A stretch of 64,000 nt of DNA from an uncultured Candidatus Saccharibacteria bacterium. GTDB taxonomy: Bacteria > Patescibacteriota > UBA1384 > 2-12-FULL-50-11. The notes under the pieces are model-generated. The model was not told the DNA's origin. It saw only the letters and a program-made list of their open reading frames with translations, and ran no database searches. The position numbers were made by a program, and so were the translations under genes. Position 1 is the stretch's first letter. Each line of letters opens with the position of its first letter. The stretch spans positions 44,198 through 108,197 of the forward strand of contig CAZRED010000002.1 in NCBI GenBank assembly GCA_964599405.1, written 5' to 3'. Positions 48,726 through 60,452 of this stretch are shown in pieces.

Positions 48726-49277
48726 ATGACAACAACTTGGTGGATTATCGGAGTCGCAGGAGTACTTGTTCTTTGGCTAATTGCCATCTACAACGGTTTG
48801 GTTCGCTTGAAAAATCGAACTGACGAAGCTTGGAGCGATATTGATGTTCAACTGAAGCGCCGCTATGATTTGATTCCAAATTTGGTGGAAGCCGTTAAGG
48901 GCGTTACTAAACAGGAGCAGGAAGTCTTTACCAAAGTAACCGAAGCCCGCTCTAACGCGATGAAGGCTCAGGGGGTAGAAGCGAAAGGCAAGGCTGAAAA
49001 TATGCTGTCCGAAACCTTGAAAAGTTTGTTTGCCGTTTCTGAAGCTTACCCAGACTTGAAATCTTCGCAGAACTTTCTGCAGTTGCAGGGCGAATTAACT
49101 GATACTGAAGATAAAATTCAAGCCGCTCGTCGGTTCTACAACACTAACGTTCGCGATTTGAATACCAAGATTGAAACTTTCCCGAACAATATGGTGGCCG
49201 GCATGCTCGGCGCTGCCAAGCGTGAGTTCTTTGAAGCGGACGAGAGCGAAAAAGAACCGGTCAAGGTTCAGTTTTAA
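48726..49277 (+). CDS. lemA: LemA family protein
   Basis: YNGLV, W..IDVQLKRRYDLIPNLV, E.YPDLK, RRFYN. Confidence 0.96.
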   Translation: MTTTWWIIGVAGVLVLWLIAIYNGLVRLKNRTDEAWSDIDVQLKRRYDLIPNLVEAVKGVTKQEQEVFTKVTEARSNAMKAQGVEAKGKAENMLSETLKSLFAVSEAYPDLKSSQNFLQLQGELTDTEDKIQAARRFYNTNVRDLNTKIETFPNNMVAGMLGAAKREFFEADESEKEPVKVQF

Positions 49278-49285
49278 CGCATTTC

Positions 49286-49422
49286 TTTGCAGAGGACAGG
49301 GGGCTTAGTTGCGAAGCAGCCCCCTATCCTCTGCACTCCAACCCCCGCACGCTTCTCTACGAGGTGTGGAGAAAAACGGGCTCATAACCTGCTGTGGGTT
49401 AGATTCGCACCGTTTTTCAGCT
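49286..49422 (+). repeat. Structured intergenic repeat family B, copy 1
   Basis: TGCAGAGGACAGGGGG..TAGTTGCGAAGC..CCCCCTA.CCTCTGCACTCC.ACCCCCGCACGCT shared with 62213-62348. Confidence 0.9.
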
Positions 49423-49469
49423 ATTTCTATCTAGAAATAAGACATCTTTTCCCTTAAACTAAGGGGGAA

Positions 49470-52354
<2,885 letters not shown>

Positions 52355-52399
52355 GTATTGATTCCTAATCCTATATATAGGATAATCCCTTTGCATACT

Positions 52400-52590
52400 G
52401 TAGTACGCCTTTTGGGCTTGATGAAGTAAGTAGGCCTGGTGCCGAGAAAGCTGACCACTTGTTGGTCCATAGGGTATGTCGGGGTTGGGCAACCATTCCT
52501 GGGAGAGGCGTCATCGCCAGAACCTAAAGTCCAGGTCCACACAAGTGCGCCGAGACAGATTCGACCCCGCCGGTACCGGCGGGGTCATTC
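52400..52590 (+). ncRNA. Candidate small structured RNA (unclassified)
   Basis: TG-CATACT -10-like site upstream, ACGCCTTTT/GAGAGGCGT stem, CACTTGT/ACAAGTG pairing, ends in a 24-bp perfect palindrome. Confidence 0.4.
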
Positions 52591-52600
52591 AATTTTAAAT

Positions 52601-52631
52601 AAAAAAAGCCGCTAGCCGGGTGGGCTAGCGG
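52601..52631 (-). terminator. Terminator of the ClpP-like gene
   Basis: CCGCTAGCC-gggtg-GGCTAGCGG with an A7 run (U-tract on minus strand). Confidence 0.75.
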
Positions 52632-53197
52632 ATGATCGAAGCGATCAGGTTGTGCTTCAACGCCTCTTTGGCGGTGAAGCGGTGGGATTTGAACCACATC
52701 GCCCTGGTAGTCGAGTAGCTCTTTCCCATTGCCTTGGCAAGGGCGCGGATCCACTGAACTTCCCTTTTCTCAGCGAATTCTGTCTCCAGAAACTCTTCTG
52801 TTAGGCGTCGTTTCCGTTCAGCGATGGATTGTTTGCTGACGGCATCGCAACCTCGTCCCATTGGGTGGATCATGATGATTGCGCCAGTAGAAGCGAATCT
52901 TTTTTCGCGTGGGAGCGAAAGGAAGACCCTAACCCCAGCCGACATTACGTATGTCATAGCGATGATCTGGAGATCGACAAAGCTACTGGCGAACTTAATT
53001 CGCTCGGCAACTGCATCTCCATCGACAGAATTACCCCCAGTTGTGGACAGAAGAATGGTTGCCTTCTTCACCTTGTCATCACTATTGACGATCTTCTCAA
53101 TTGCGGCGTCGAACGACTTGATCATGCCAGAGTCGACGTCTCCCGTCAGAGTGATGAGGGTTCCAAGTTTCTTCAGGTTGTTAATCTTCAATCTCAA
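52625..53197 (-). CDS. ClpP/crotonase-fold protease-like protein, divergent
   Basis: LTGDV, STTGG, VMSAG (Ser), IMIHP (His), FTAKEAL..NLI. Confidence 0.75.
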   Translation of the reverse strand: MRLKINNLKKLGTLITLTGDVDSGMIKSFDAAIEKIVNSDDKVKKATILLSTTGGNSVDGDAVAERIKFASSFVDLQIIAMTYVMSAGVRVFLSLPREKRFASTGAIIMIHPMGRGCDAVSKQSIAERKRRLTEEFLETEFAEKREVQWIRALAKAMGKSYSTTRAMWFKSHRFTAKEALKHNLIASIIR

Positions 53198-53273
53198 TAC
53201 CTCCGTACTGTGTTGGGATTATACCCCGAAACATAGAAAAAGTCAATCTGTTGAGGTAATATTTTACTCCTTG

Positions 53274-53335
53274 AAGCCCAAAAACTTGGTGCGAAGGTTT
53301 TGAGCGAAAAAGAGTTTCTGAAGTTAGTTGGGTAG
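53274..53335 (+). pseudogene. Orphan duplicate of the ligA 3' end
   Basis: Encodes [19 protein letters not shown] versus lig[20 protein letters not shown]. Confidence 0.85.
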
Positions 53336-53337
53336 GA

Positions 53338-54519
53338 TTACCGTGTTCCCCATTTGGTATTGCTAAGGGTAGCGAGTGCATAGATTCTCGTCGGGATAAG
53401 TAGGAAAACGTGCAAAAACCCGTAAGCTACGAAGACCAAAAATCCGAAATCTCGGGTTCGATAAATGCCGTAGAGCGACCGTAGTAAGGCAATACCAATA
53501 AGTACCGCCAAGTACTGCCAGAGAATGCGGATGTCGATAAACGCTGCCTGATAAATCATAGCGATTAATGCCGCGAGCAGTAAAAAGGGCAGAATGAACT
53601 GCATCAATAGGTCGTAGATCATATAGAAGTGGTGTCTGTGAAAAAATTTAAACGTCCAAAGCATCTCTCGGTAGAAACTCTTATTCCAACGGACCTGTTG
53701 CTTCAAATAGTCGCGCAACTTTTCAGGAACGAAAGTATAAGCGATGGCTTGGTTGTCGAAAACTACCTGATAACCTTTTTCGAGAATTAAGTTGGTGAGA
53801 TGTCGATCGTCTCCATAAGTACAGTTTTTTCCGAGGAAGAATTGGGAAACATACTGCTCCTTAACTTGGTCAACAATACTTTTTCGGTAAGCCGAGAATG
53901 GCCCAGAGCAACACATCAGTACCGAGTAATATCCTTGTGCAGCTCGTTCCTGATGAAACGCTGTCCAGTATCTGTAACTGACTAGCCTGGTTAGGAAGTT
54001 CCTTTTCTTGTTTTCGACGCGTACATCTCCGGTTACTGCTCCAACTCTCGGATTTTTAAACCTTTTGACGATTTGAGAAATTGCTTCCGGAGAGTGAAGG
54101 ATAGTGTCGGAATCTATTGTTACTAAAATATCACCTCTTACCACATCAAACGCCAACTTCTGGGCGTTGCGTTTGCCAGCGTTTCGTTCAGACATAATTA
54201 CATGAACATTTTTTCCGGTCATCTCTCGATATAAACCCTGTAACTGTGGCGTCATTCTTGAACCGTCATCTACCACTATTACTTCCAGGTCTCGATGTCG
54301 CTGTTGTAGTATCGACCCAACACAGGCTCGTAAAATTGCTACATCTTCGTTATAAGTGGGAATAATTACAGTAACTTTCTCGTAGTGGTTTTGATGGAAC
54401 CCGCGAAAAACGGGGTGTTTTTGACGGCGATGCTCTAAGTGTCCAACCCACATTTGAGTCAAAATATGCAAGAGAGCTAGTATTCCATATACTGTTAGAA
54501 GCCAAAATAGTGTTGTCAT
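53338..54519 (-). CDS. GT2 processive synthase, hyaluronan synthase / NodC-like
   Basis: DDGS, N.GKR.AQ, DSDT, ERAAQ, CCSGP, GDDRHLTN, QQVRWNKS. Confidence 0.85.
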   Translation of the reverse strand: MTTLFWLLTVYGILALLHILTQMWVGHLEHRRQKHPVFRGFHQNHYEKVTVIIPTYNEDVAILRACVGSILQQRHRDLEVIVVDDGSRMTPQLQGLYREMTGKNVHVIMSERNAGKRNAQKLAFDVVRGDILVTIDSDTILHSPEAISQIVKRFKNPRVGAVTGDVRVENKKRNFLTRLVSYRYWTAFHQERAAQGYYSVLMCCSGPFSAYRKSIVDQVKEQYVSQFFLGKNCTYGDDRHLTNLILEKGYQVVFDNQAIAYTFVPEKLRDYLKQQVRWNKSFYREMLWTFKFFHRHHFYMIYDLLMQFILPFLLLAALIAMIYQAAFIDIRILWQYLAVLIGIALLRSLYGIYRTRDFGFLVFVAYGFLHVFLLIPTRIYALATLSNTKWGTR

Positions 54520-54531
54520 TTTATCTTTTTG

Positions 54532-54587
54532 CTAACTTTCTGTTAGATATTTAGCAAATAATAACATAATTGCTAACAGATTGTTAG
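54532..54587. promoter_or_regulatory. Two CTAAC-N5-GTTAG operator-like inverted repeats
   Basis: At 54532-54546 and 54573-54587, between the divergent GT2 and XRE genes. Confidence 0.6.
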
Positions 54588-54625
54588 TGGTTGGTTGTGG
54601 CTTGGATTTCTACTGTTTATTTGAA

Positions 54626-54862
54626 ATGGCAAAGCCAAAATTTTACGATGAGGCCGAATTTACAACGTTTCGTAAAAGCATTGGCGATAAAGTCCAGTTG
54701 TTAAGAAAGTCAAAAGGTTTTACTCAAGAAAAGCTGGCGGAGGCGACAGGGCTGGATCGGGTAGCGATTGGCTATATCGAGCAAGGGTTTCGAGCCCCGC
54801 GATTAAAGTCGCTTTTTATTATTGCTAACGCCCTTGAGTGTGAAGTAAAAGACTTTTTTTAG
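54626..54862 (+). CDS. XRE-family HTH transcriptional regulator
   Basis: IG..V..LRK.KG.TQE.LA...GL.R..I..IE.G.R.P.L. Confidence 0.9.
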   Translation: MAKPKFYDEAEFTTFRKSIGDKVQLLRKSKGFTQEKLAEATGLDRVAIGYIEQGFRAPRLKSLFIIANALECEVKDFF

Positions 54863-54930
54863 GCGGTTCGGAAGGATTTAGACGTTCGGGGTTGCTTGTA
54901 ACCCCACCTGACAGATATACTCAACCAAGA

Positions 54931-55233
54931 ATGTCACATCTGTTGCCAGAAGAAGTAAACCACCTTGCCAAACTCGCCCGGCTTTCGTTAAATACCGAAG
55001 AAAAGAACCAATTCTCCAAGCAATTGCCGGAAATTATTGATTTTATTGACCAATTACAGAGCGCTGAAGTGACCGATGTATCGGAAACAAAAGCTATCAG
55101 TCAAGACCAGCTACGCGACGATACAGAGGGAAGTGACTCACTGTCGTTGGAGCAACTAGAGAAGCTAGCGCCTAAGTGGCAAGACAACCAAGTTGTCGTT
55201 CCAGCAGTATTCGGGGAGAACGAAGATGACTAA
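54931..55233 (+). CDS. gatC: Asp/Glu-tRNA amidotransferase subunit C
   Basis: EV.HLAKLARL, LRDD, VP.V; directly upstream of gatA. Confidence 0.9.
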   Translation: MSHLLPEEVNHLAKLARLSLNTEEKNQFSKQLPEIIDFIDQLQSAEVTDVSETKAISQDQLRDDTEGSDSLSLEQLEKLAPKWQDNQVVVPAVFGENEDD

Positions 55234-56515
55234 CCTGAACATTTTCTTGCATGATCAGGAGCTACAAGCCACAACTACGGGCGAACTAACAGGCCTGAAA
55301 ATCGCCATCAAAGACAATATTTCTGTCAAAGACTGGCCGTTGACGGCTGGCTCAAAAATCCTTGAAGGTTACATTGCGCCGTACGACGCGACAGTGGTGC
55401 GCAAACTCAAAGAACACGGCGCGGTGTTAAAAGGTAAAACCAATCTTGACGAGTTTGCGATGGGCTCTAGTACCGAGAACTCGGCTTATGGCGCTACCAA
55501 AAACCCTTGGGACACTGAACGGGTTCCCGGCGGGTCCTCCGGCGGTTCAGCAGCAGCTGTAGCGGCAGATTTGGCCGATGCGTCTCTGGGAAGCGACACC
55601 GGCGGCTCCATCCGCCAACCGGCCGCTTTTTGCGGCGTAACTGGTCTAAAGCCAACCTACGGTAGTGTCTCTCGTTATGGCTTGGTGGCACTGGCTTCGT
55701 CACTAGACGTGATTGGCCCGATGGCTCGATCCGCCGAAACAGTGGAGAAAGTGTTCGCCGCTATTTCCGGCCAAGACAAATACGACCAAACAACTATCGA
55801 TTATCGCTATGAACCAGTTAAAACCGATATTTCTAAGCTGAAAATCGGCCTACCGAAAGAACTCTGGGATTTGGAGATTGACCCGGAAGTCAAAGAAGCC
55901 GCCAAAGAGTTTGTGGACCATTTCAGGGCCGAGGGAGCAACCATCAGCGAAGTTTCCTTGCCGTCACTGCCGCTAGCGCTGCCGGCTTACTACATTATTT
56001 TACCGGCGGAAGCGTCAGCCAACTTGGCCAGATACGACGGTATTCGCTACCAAGCCAGCGCCGCCGCCAAAAATCTACTGGAAAAGTATCTGAATACCCG
56101 CGCTCTATTTGGTCCGGAAGTGAAGCGGAGAATACTGATTGGGACTTATGCACTATCAGTCGGTCATTACGACGCCTACTATCAGGTAGCGACCAATGTC
56201 CGCAGACAGATAGAAAAAGAACACGAGGCAGTTTTTAAAGAGGTAGATGTGCTAATTTCACCAACTACGCCAACGCTGCCGTTCAAATTTGGCGAACGCC
56301 AAGACCCGGTGGCAATGTACCAATCGGATCTGCTAACAGTGGGGGCCAATTTAGCCGGTGTACCGGCAATTTCCGTACCGATTGGTTTTAGCAAAAACAA
56401 CCTGCCAATCGGCGGGCAAATTATTGCCAATAACCGAGCCGAAAACGTGTTACTGTCACTGGCCAAACAGTTCCAAAAGGACACTGATTATCACAAAAGG
56501 AAGCCCCATGGGTAA
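55226..56515 (+). CDS. gatA: Amidotransferase subunit A, N-terminally short
   Basis: IKDNI, KTNLDEFAMGSSTENS, GGSSGGSAA, GSDTGGSIRQPA. Confidence 0.96.
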   Translation: MTNLNIFLHDQELQATTTGELTGLKIAIKDNISVKDWPLTAGSKILEGYIAPYDATVVRKLKEHGAVLKGKTNLDEFAMGSSTENSAYGATKNPWDTERVPGGSSGGSAAAVAADLADASLGSDTGGSIRQPAAFCGVTGLKPTYGSVSRYGLVALASSLDVIGPMARSAETVEKVFAAISGQDKYDQTTIDYRYEPVKTDISKLKIGLPKELWDLEIDPEVKEAAKEFVDHFRAEGATISEVSLPSLPLALPAYYIILPAEASANLARYDGIRYQASAAAKNLLEKYLNTRALFGPEVKRRILIGTYALSVGHYDAYYQVATNVRRQIEKEHEAVFKEVDVLISPTTPTLPFKFGERQDPVAMYQSDLLTVGANLAGVPAISVPIGFSKNNLPIGGQIIANNRAENVLLSLAKQFQKDTDYHKRKPHG

Positions 56516-56732
56516 AAAGCAGCGCGAGAAAAAACTGGAGCGAGTAGAGCAGACACAGGCTGAAAAACAGGCAATCGAACAGCGCCGAGCCGAGCGATTG
56601 GCCCCGATTTACCGTTGGGTAAAAAGACTAACACTGGCGGCGGTCGCGACGTTTGTGATTTTATACTTTGGGGTAATTATTAACGGCAAACTGCCGGATA
56701 TATTGGTGCGCCTAACGGAGAAAGGACAGTGA
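56508..56732 (+). CDS. Small basic single-TM protein
   Basis: MGKKQREKK N-terminus and one TM; overlaps both neighbours. Confidence 0.6.
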   Translation: MGKKQREKKLERVEQTQAEKQAIEQRRAERLAPIYRWVKRLTLAAVATFVILYFGVIINGKLPDILVRLTEKGQ

Positions 56733-57115
56733 TGGGTTGGTTTAGTTTTGGCAAAAAAACTCCTAAAACCGGGTTCCGCAGCGTTGACTGGCTAGAAGTG
56801 GAAGGGAAACTGCGCTCGCTGGACGCGATGGCCGCATCTGCCGACCAAGCAATGACTAAACAACTGATTATTCAGGCCGATATGCTAGTGGATTATGTAC
56901 TGAAACAGGCAAACGTTCCCGGCCAAACGATGGGCGAGCGGCTGAAGTCGATTCAGTCAATCGCCGATCGCTCGACGCTCAATATGCTCTGGGGCGTTCA
57001 TAAGAAACGTAACGAGTTGGCTCACGAATCTGGTAGTTTTGTGGCGAGCTGGGAAAAAGACAAGCTTTACCAAGACGCCAAGATGGCGATCTCTAACCTA
57101 CGGGGGTTGCGATGA
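56729..57115 (+). CDS. Hypothetical protein with HEPN-like RxxxxH motif
   Basis: AD..VD..L, G.TMGERLK, KRNELAHE. Confidence 0.55.
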   Translation: MMGWFSFGKKTPKTGFRSVDWLEVEGKLRSLDAMAASADQAMTKQLIIQADMLVDYVLKQANVPGQTMGERLKSIQSIADRSTLNMLWGVHKKRNELAHESGSFVASWEKDKLYQDAKMAISNLRGLR

Positions 57116-58473
57116 GTAACTGGAAATTAACCGTTGGCATGGAAGTGCACGTGGAGCTGCAGACGGCCACGAAGCTGTTCTGCGGCTGTAAAAATGACCC
57201 GTTTCATAGTGCGCCCAACACCAATGTTTGTCCGGTTTGTTACGGTCTGCCAGGGGCACTGCCGGTTTTGAACAAAAAGGCCGTGGAGATGACGGTGAAG
57301 CTGGGGCAGGCGCTGAAGGGCGAGATTGCCAATGAGACATTTTGGGCACGCAAGAATTACTTCTACCCGGATTTGCCGAAGGGCTATCAAATTTCCCAGT
57401 CTAGTACGCCGTTGATTGAAAACGCAATAGTTACAATTGACGGCAAAGACCACCGAATTGCTCGGATCCACCTGGAGGAAGACGCTGGAAAGCTAATGCA
57501 CTCGCCAGACAAAACTCACTCGCTAGTTAACTATAACCGGGCCGGGGTGCCGTTGATTGAGATTGTTACCGAGCCGGATTTTGATTCAGCTGAATCCGCC
57601 AAGCGGTTTTGCCAAGAACTCCAGCGAATCCTGCGAAGCTTGGATATCTCTCAAGCGGACATGGAGAAAGGCTTAATGCGCTGCGAAGCCAATATCTCGG
57701 CTTCCAAAGACGGCAGTACCAGTGGAACAAAAGTAGAGGTAAAAAACATTAACTCGTTCCGTTCGGTGGAAAAGGCGATTAACTTCGAGTTTGAGCGGCA
57801 GACCAAAGCGCTGGAAGCGGGCGAAAAACTTCAGCAAGAAACTCGCACCTGGGATGAAAATAGCAGTAAAACAGTGGTGATGCGCACCAAAGAAACCAGT
57901 GCCGATTACCGTTATTTCCCCGAGCCGGACTTGCCGTTTGTGGCAATTAGTATTAGCGAAGCTAGCGATCACCAGTTGCCGGACGACCAACGAAAACAGC
58001 TGGCAGAGTTGGGCATTCCCGAAGACATTGCCAGGGTAATGGTTGATCGGGGAGAAAGTAAAAAGATTGCTACGATTTTTGACAAGAAGGGTAAAAGCTA
58101 CGCCGTAGAAGCAGCAAAGCTATCTGCGGTGAAACCAAAATTTGCAGAATTTGACACGGATGAGCAAATAGATTTTCTGGAACTCAAAGAGAAATTTGGA
58201 TGGGGGAGCGCGCTAATCGACGCGATCATTAATTCGTGTTCGGAATCCGGTGAGAATTTGAGTGAATTTGCCCTGAAGATGTATGGAGATAAATACGATC
58301 TCATGTCCATATGCTCAGAAGTTATTGCCGAGAACCCGAAAATTGTGGCGGATTTCCAAGCCGGTAACCAAAACGTTCTCAATGCTCTGGTTGGCAAAGT
58401 AATGGCCAAAACTAAAGGTACGGCCAATGTTGTCCAAGCTCGAGCCGAGCTAGAAAAGCAACTCCAAAGCTAG
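57112..58473 (+). CDS. gatB: Amidotransferase subunit B
   Basis: G.EVHVEL.T.TKLFC, YFYPDLPKGYQISQ, HLEEDAGK, YRYFPEPDL. Confidence 0.97.
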   Translation: MSNWKLTVGMEVHVELQTATKLFCGCKNDPFHSAPNTNVCPVCYGLPGALPVLNKKAVEMTVKLGQALKGEIANETFWARKNYFYPDLPKGYQISQSSTPLIENAIVTIDGKDHRIARIHLEEDAGKLMHSPDKTHSLVNYNRAGVPLIEIVTEPDFDSAESAKRFCQELQRILRSLDISQADMEKGLMRCEANISASKDGSTSGTKVEVKNINSFRSVEKAINFEFERQTKALEAGEKLQQETRTWDENSSKTVVMRTKETSADYRYFPEPDLPFVAISISEASDHQLPDDQRKQLAELGIPEDIARVMVDRGESKKIATIFDKKGKSYAVEAAKLSAVKPKFAEFDTDEQIDFLELKEKFGWGSALIDAIINSCSESGENLSEFALKMYGDKYDLMSICSEVIAENPKIVADFQAGNQNVLNALVGKVMAKTKGTANVVQARAELEKQLQS

Positions 58474-58494
58474 CTGTGCTAGTATTAGTAGGAG

Positions 58495-59034
58495 ATGGGC
58501 TTTACCTCATTTATTGACCGAATTGTTGAGATTGCGGCAGCGGCTTGGGACAAACTGCCCCAAGTTTTATTAACGCTTATCCTTGGTTTTCTCTTGATAA
58601 AGCTGATCAAAGCCTTGCTCCACGGTGTGATCCGGGTATCGCGCGCTAACCAGGCCCTGAAGGGCGTGCTGATGTCGGTCGTTGATGTTGGCCTATGGCT
58701 TCTGGTACTAGCGGCCATTTTGCAGCAGATTGGCCTTGGCCAGGTGGCGCTGGCGTTGTCTGGCACGGTGGCGGTGGCCGGTATCGCCATCTCGATCGGC
58801 TCGTCGGTGTTTATTCAAGATATGGTGGCAGGCGTATTTTTGGCCCAAGACCCGGACTTCAATGTGGGAGATACTATTGAGCACGTTGGCGTGGAGGGTA
58901 TAGTGGAAAGAATGGATGCTCGAAAAGTGCGCCTACGCGATAACGACGGCAACCTGCACGTTTATCCAAACTCGTCGTTCGACAAGGATTCGTGGATTGT
59001 AATTGAACAACGCTCTACTAAAGGAGGTAGATGA
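58495..59034 (+). CDS. Minimal MscS-family mechanosensitive channel
   Basis: 3 TM, D.VAG.F....F.VGD.I...GV.G.V..M..R, PNS. Confidence 0.85.
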   Translation: MGFTSFIDRIVEIAAAAWDKLPQVLLTLILGFLLIKLIKALLHGVIRVSRANQALKGVLMSVVDVGLWLLVLAAILQQIGLGQVALALSGTVAVAGIAISIGSSVFIQDMVAGVFLAQDPDFNVGDTIEHVGVEGIVERMDARKVRLRDNDGNLHVYPNSSFDKDSWIVIEQRSTKGGR

Positions 59035-59288
59035 CCCAAATTGAGTTGATAAACTATCTGTCGATTGTGGTACTGATTGGTTTTATTATTGCCCTGGGCT
59101 ATTTAATTGTGTTACTGCACCGGGCTAACCGAATCGTCGCCAAGCTCGACAACTTGCAGGCGACATTTGCCAGTTTTGTTTCCGAGATTGTTCCGGCAAT
59201 TGTTAATATCGGCACGATCAGTTCGGCGATGCACGGCATTCTGCGAGCACTCCATATCGAGAAAGAAGAAAAGAAGAGCAAGAAGTAA
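59031..59288 (+). CDS. Small membrane protein
   Basis: N-terminal TM; coupled to both neighbours. Confidence 0.6.
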   Translation: MTQIELINYLSIVVLIGFIIALGYLIVLLHRANRIVAKLDNLQATFASFVSEIVPAIVNIGTISSAMHGILRALHIEKEEKKSKK

Positions 59289-59291
59289 CTA

Positions 59292-60452
59292 ATGGACGCG
59301 AAGATTACCAAACCGCCGTTTTTTGTTGCCGCTAGTTTGGCGGTGGTTCTACTTTCGATACTAGGTACTTTTGCCACATTGTATTTTTTGTCGGCCACTC
59401 CTACCGGCGAAGCGATACGCAGCCGATTAGGTCTGGATAATCTGGAGACCTTCAATATCCAAACCAGCCGCACCGACAAAATTATCGTGGAAGAATCGTC
59501 AGCCATTATTGATGCCAGTAAGAAAATTAGCCAAGCAGTCGTTAGTATCAACGGCAAGGGAGCCCCGGTGGCCAGCTTTTTTGGCATTCAAACTCCCGAA
59601 ACAGCCGGTACCGGCTTTATCGTCACTAGCGACGGTCTGGTTGCCACCAATAAACATGTCATTGCTGATTTGGTGACTTTTACGGTGACCACTTCTGAAG
59701 GCAAGAGCTATCCTGGGACGGTGGTAGCGAAAGACCCGGCTTCGGATTTTGCGTTAGTTAAAATTGATGCTCGCGGTCTGCCAGTAGCCGAACTAGGCGA
59801 TTCCGACAGGTTAGATGTTGGTCAGTGGGTAATTGCCGTTGGCAACGCCTTGGGCGAGTTTCGTAACTCAGTTACAGTTGGGGTGATTTCGGCGTTGGAA
59901 CGGTTAGCTAACCCTAGCGACAGTAACGGCACAACCGAGGCGCTCGACGGCCTGATTCAAACCGACGCGGCGATTAACCCAGGTAATTCCGGCGGCCCAC
60001 TGGTCAATTTAGCCGGACAAGTGATTGGCATTAATACCGCCATTGCCGGAGATGGTCAGAATATCGGCTTTGCTATCCAAGTGAACGATTTGAAAAAAGC
60101 GCTGGATTCCTACCGCAAGAACGGCGCCATCATCCGGCCGTACATTGGTGTTCGTTATCAAACCATTACCAAAGCGATTGCCGCTTCGTTGGAGCTGCCA
60201 GTGGAAGAGGGGGCACTAGTGGTGGCGGGAACCGGGGCACCAGCCGTAGCACCTGGTTCGCCAGCTGAAGCGGCCGGGCTGAAAGATAAAGACATTATTA
60301 CCAGGGTTGATAACCGAACAGTCACGGAAACGACGCCTCTGGCGCGGGTAATTCGGGAGTACCAGCCCGGCAATAAAGTGGTGTTAACGATATTGCGTAA
60401 CGGCGCCACGATGACAGTGGAGCTGACGCTCGGCGAACTGAAAGGTAACTAA
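59292..60452 (+). CDS. htrA: HtrA/DegP serine protease with one PDZ
   Basis: GTGFI, TNKHV, D.A..KI, QTDAAINPGNSGGPL. Confidence 0.95.
   Translation: MDAKITKPPFFVAASLAVVLLSILGTFATLYFLSATPTGEAIRSRLGLDNLETFNIQTSRTDKIIVEESSAIIDASKKISQAVVSINGKGAPVASFFGIQTPETAGTGFIVTSDGLVATNKHVIADLVTFTVTTSEGKSYPGTVVAKDPASDFALVKIDARGLPVAELGDSDRLDVGQWVIAVGNALGEFRNSVTVGVISALERLANPSDSNGTTEALDGLIQTDAAINPGNSGGPLVNLAGQVIGINTAIAGDGQNIGFAIQVNDLKKALDSYRKNGAIIRPYIGVRYQTITKAIAASLELPVEEGALVVAGTGAPAVAPGSPAEAAGLKDKDIITRVDNRTVTETTPLARVIREYQPGNKVVLTILRNGATMTVELTLGELKGN

Noticed and set aside
52545-52565. Minus-strand sequence resembling a tRNA 3' end (CGAATCTGTCTCGGCGCA), a possible att site
   Set aside because: No 5' half or cloverleaf, no CCA and no integrase; the match is too short.
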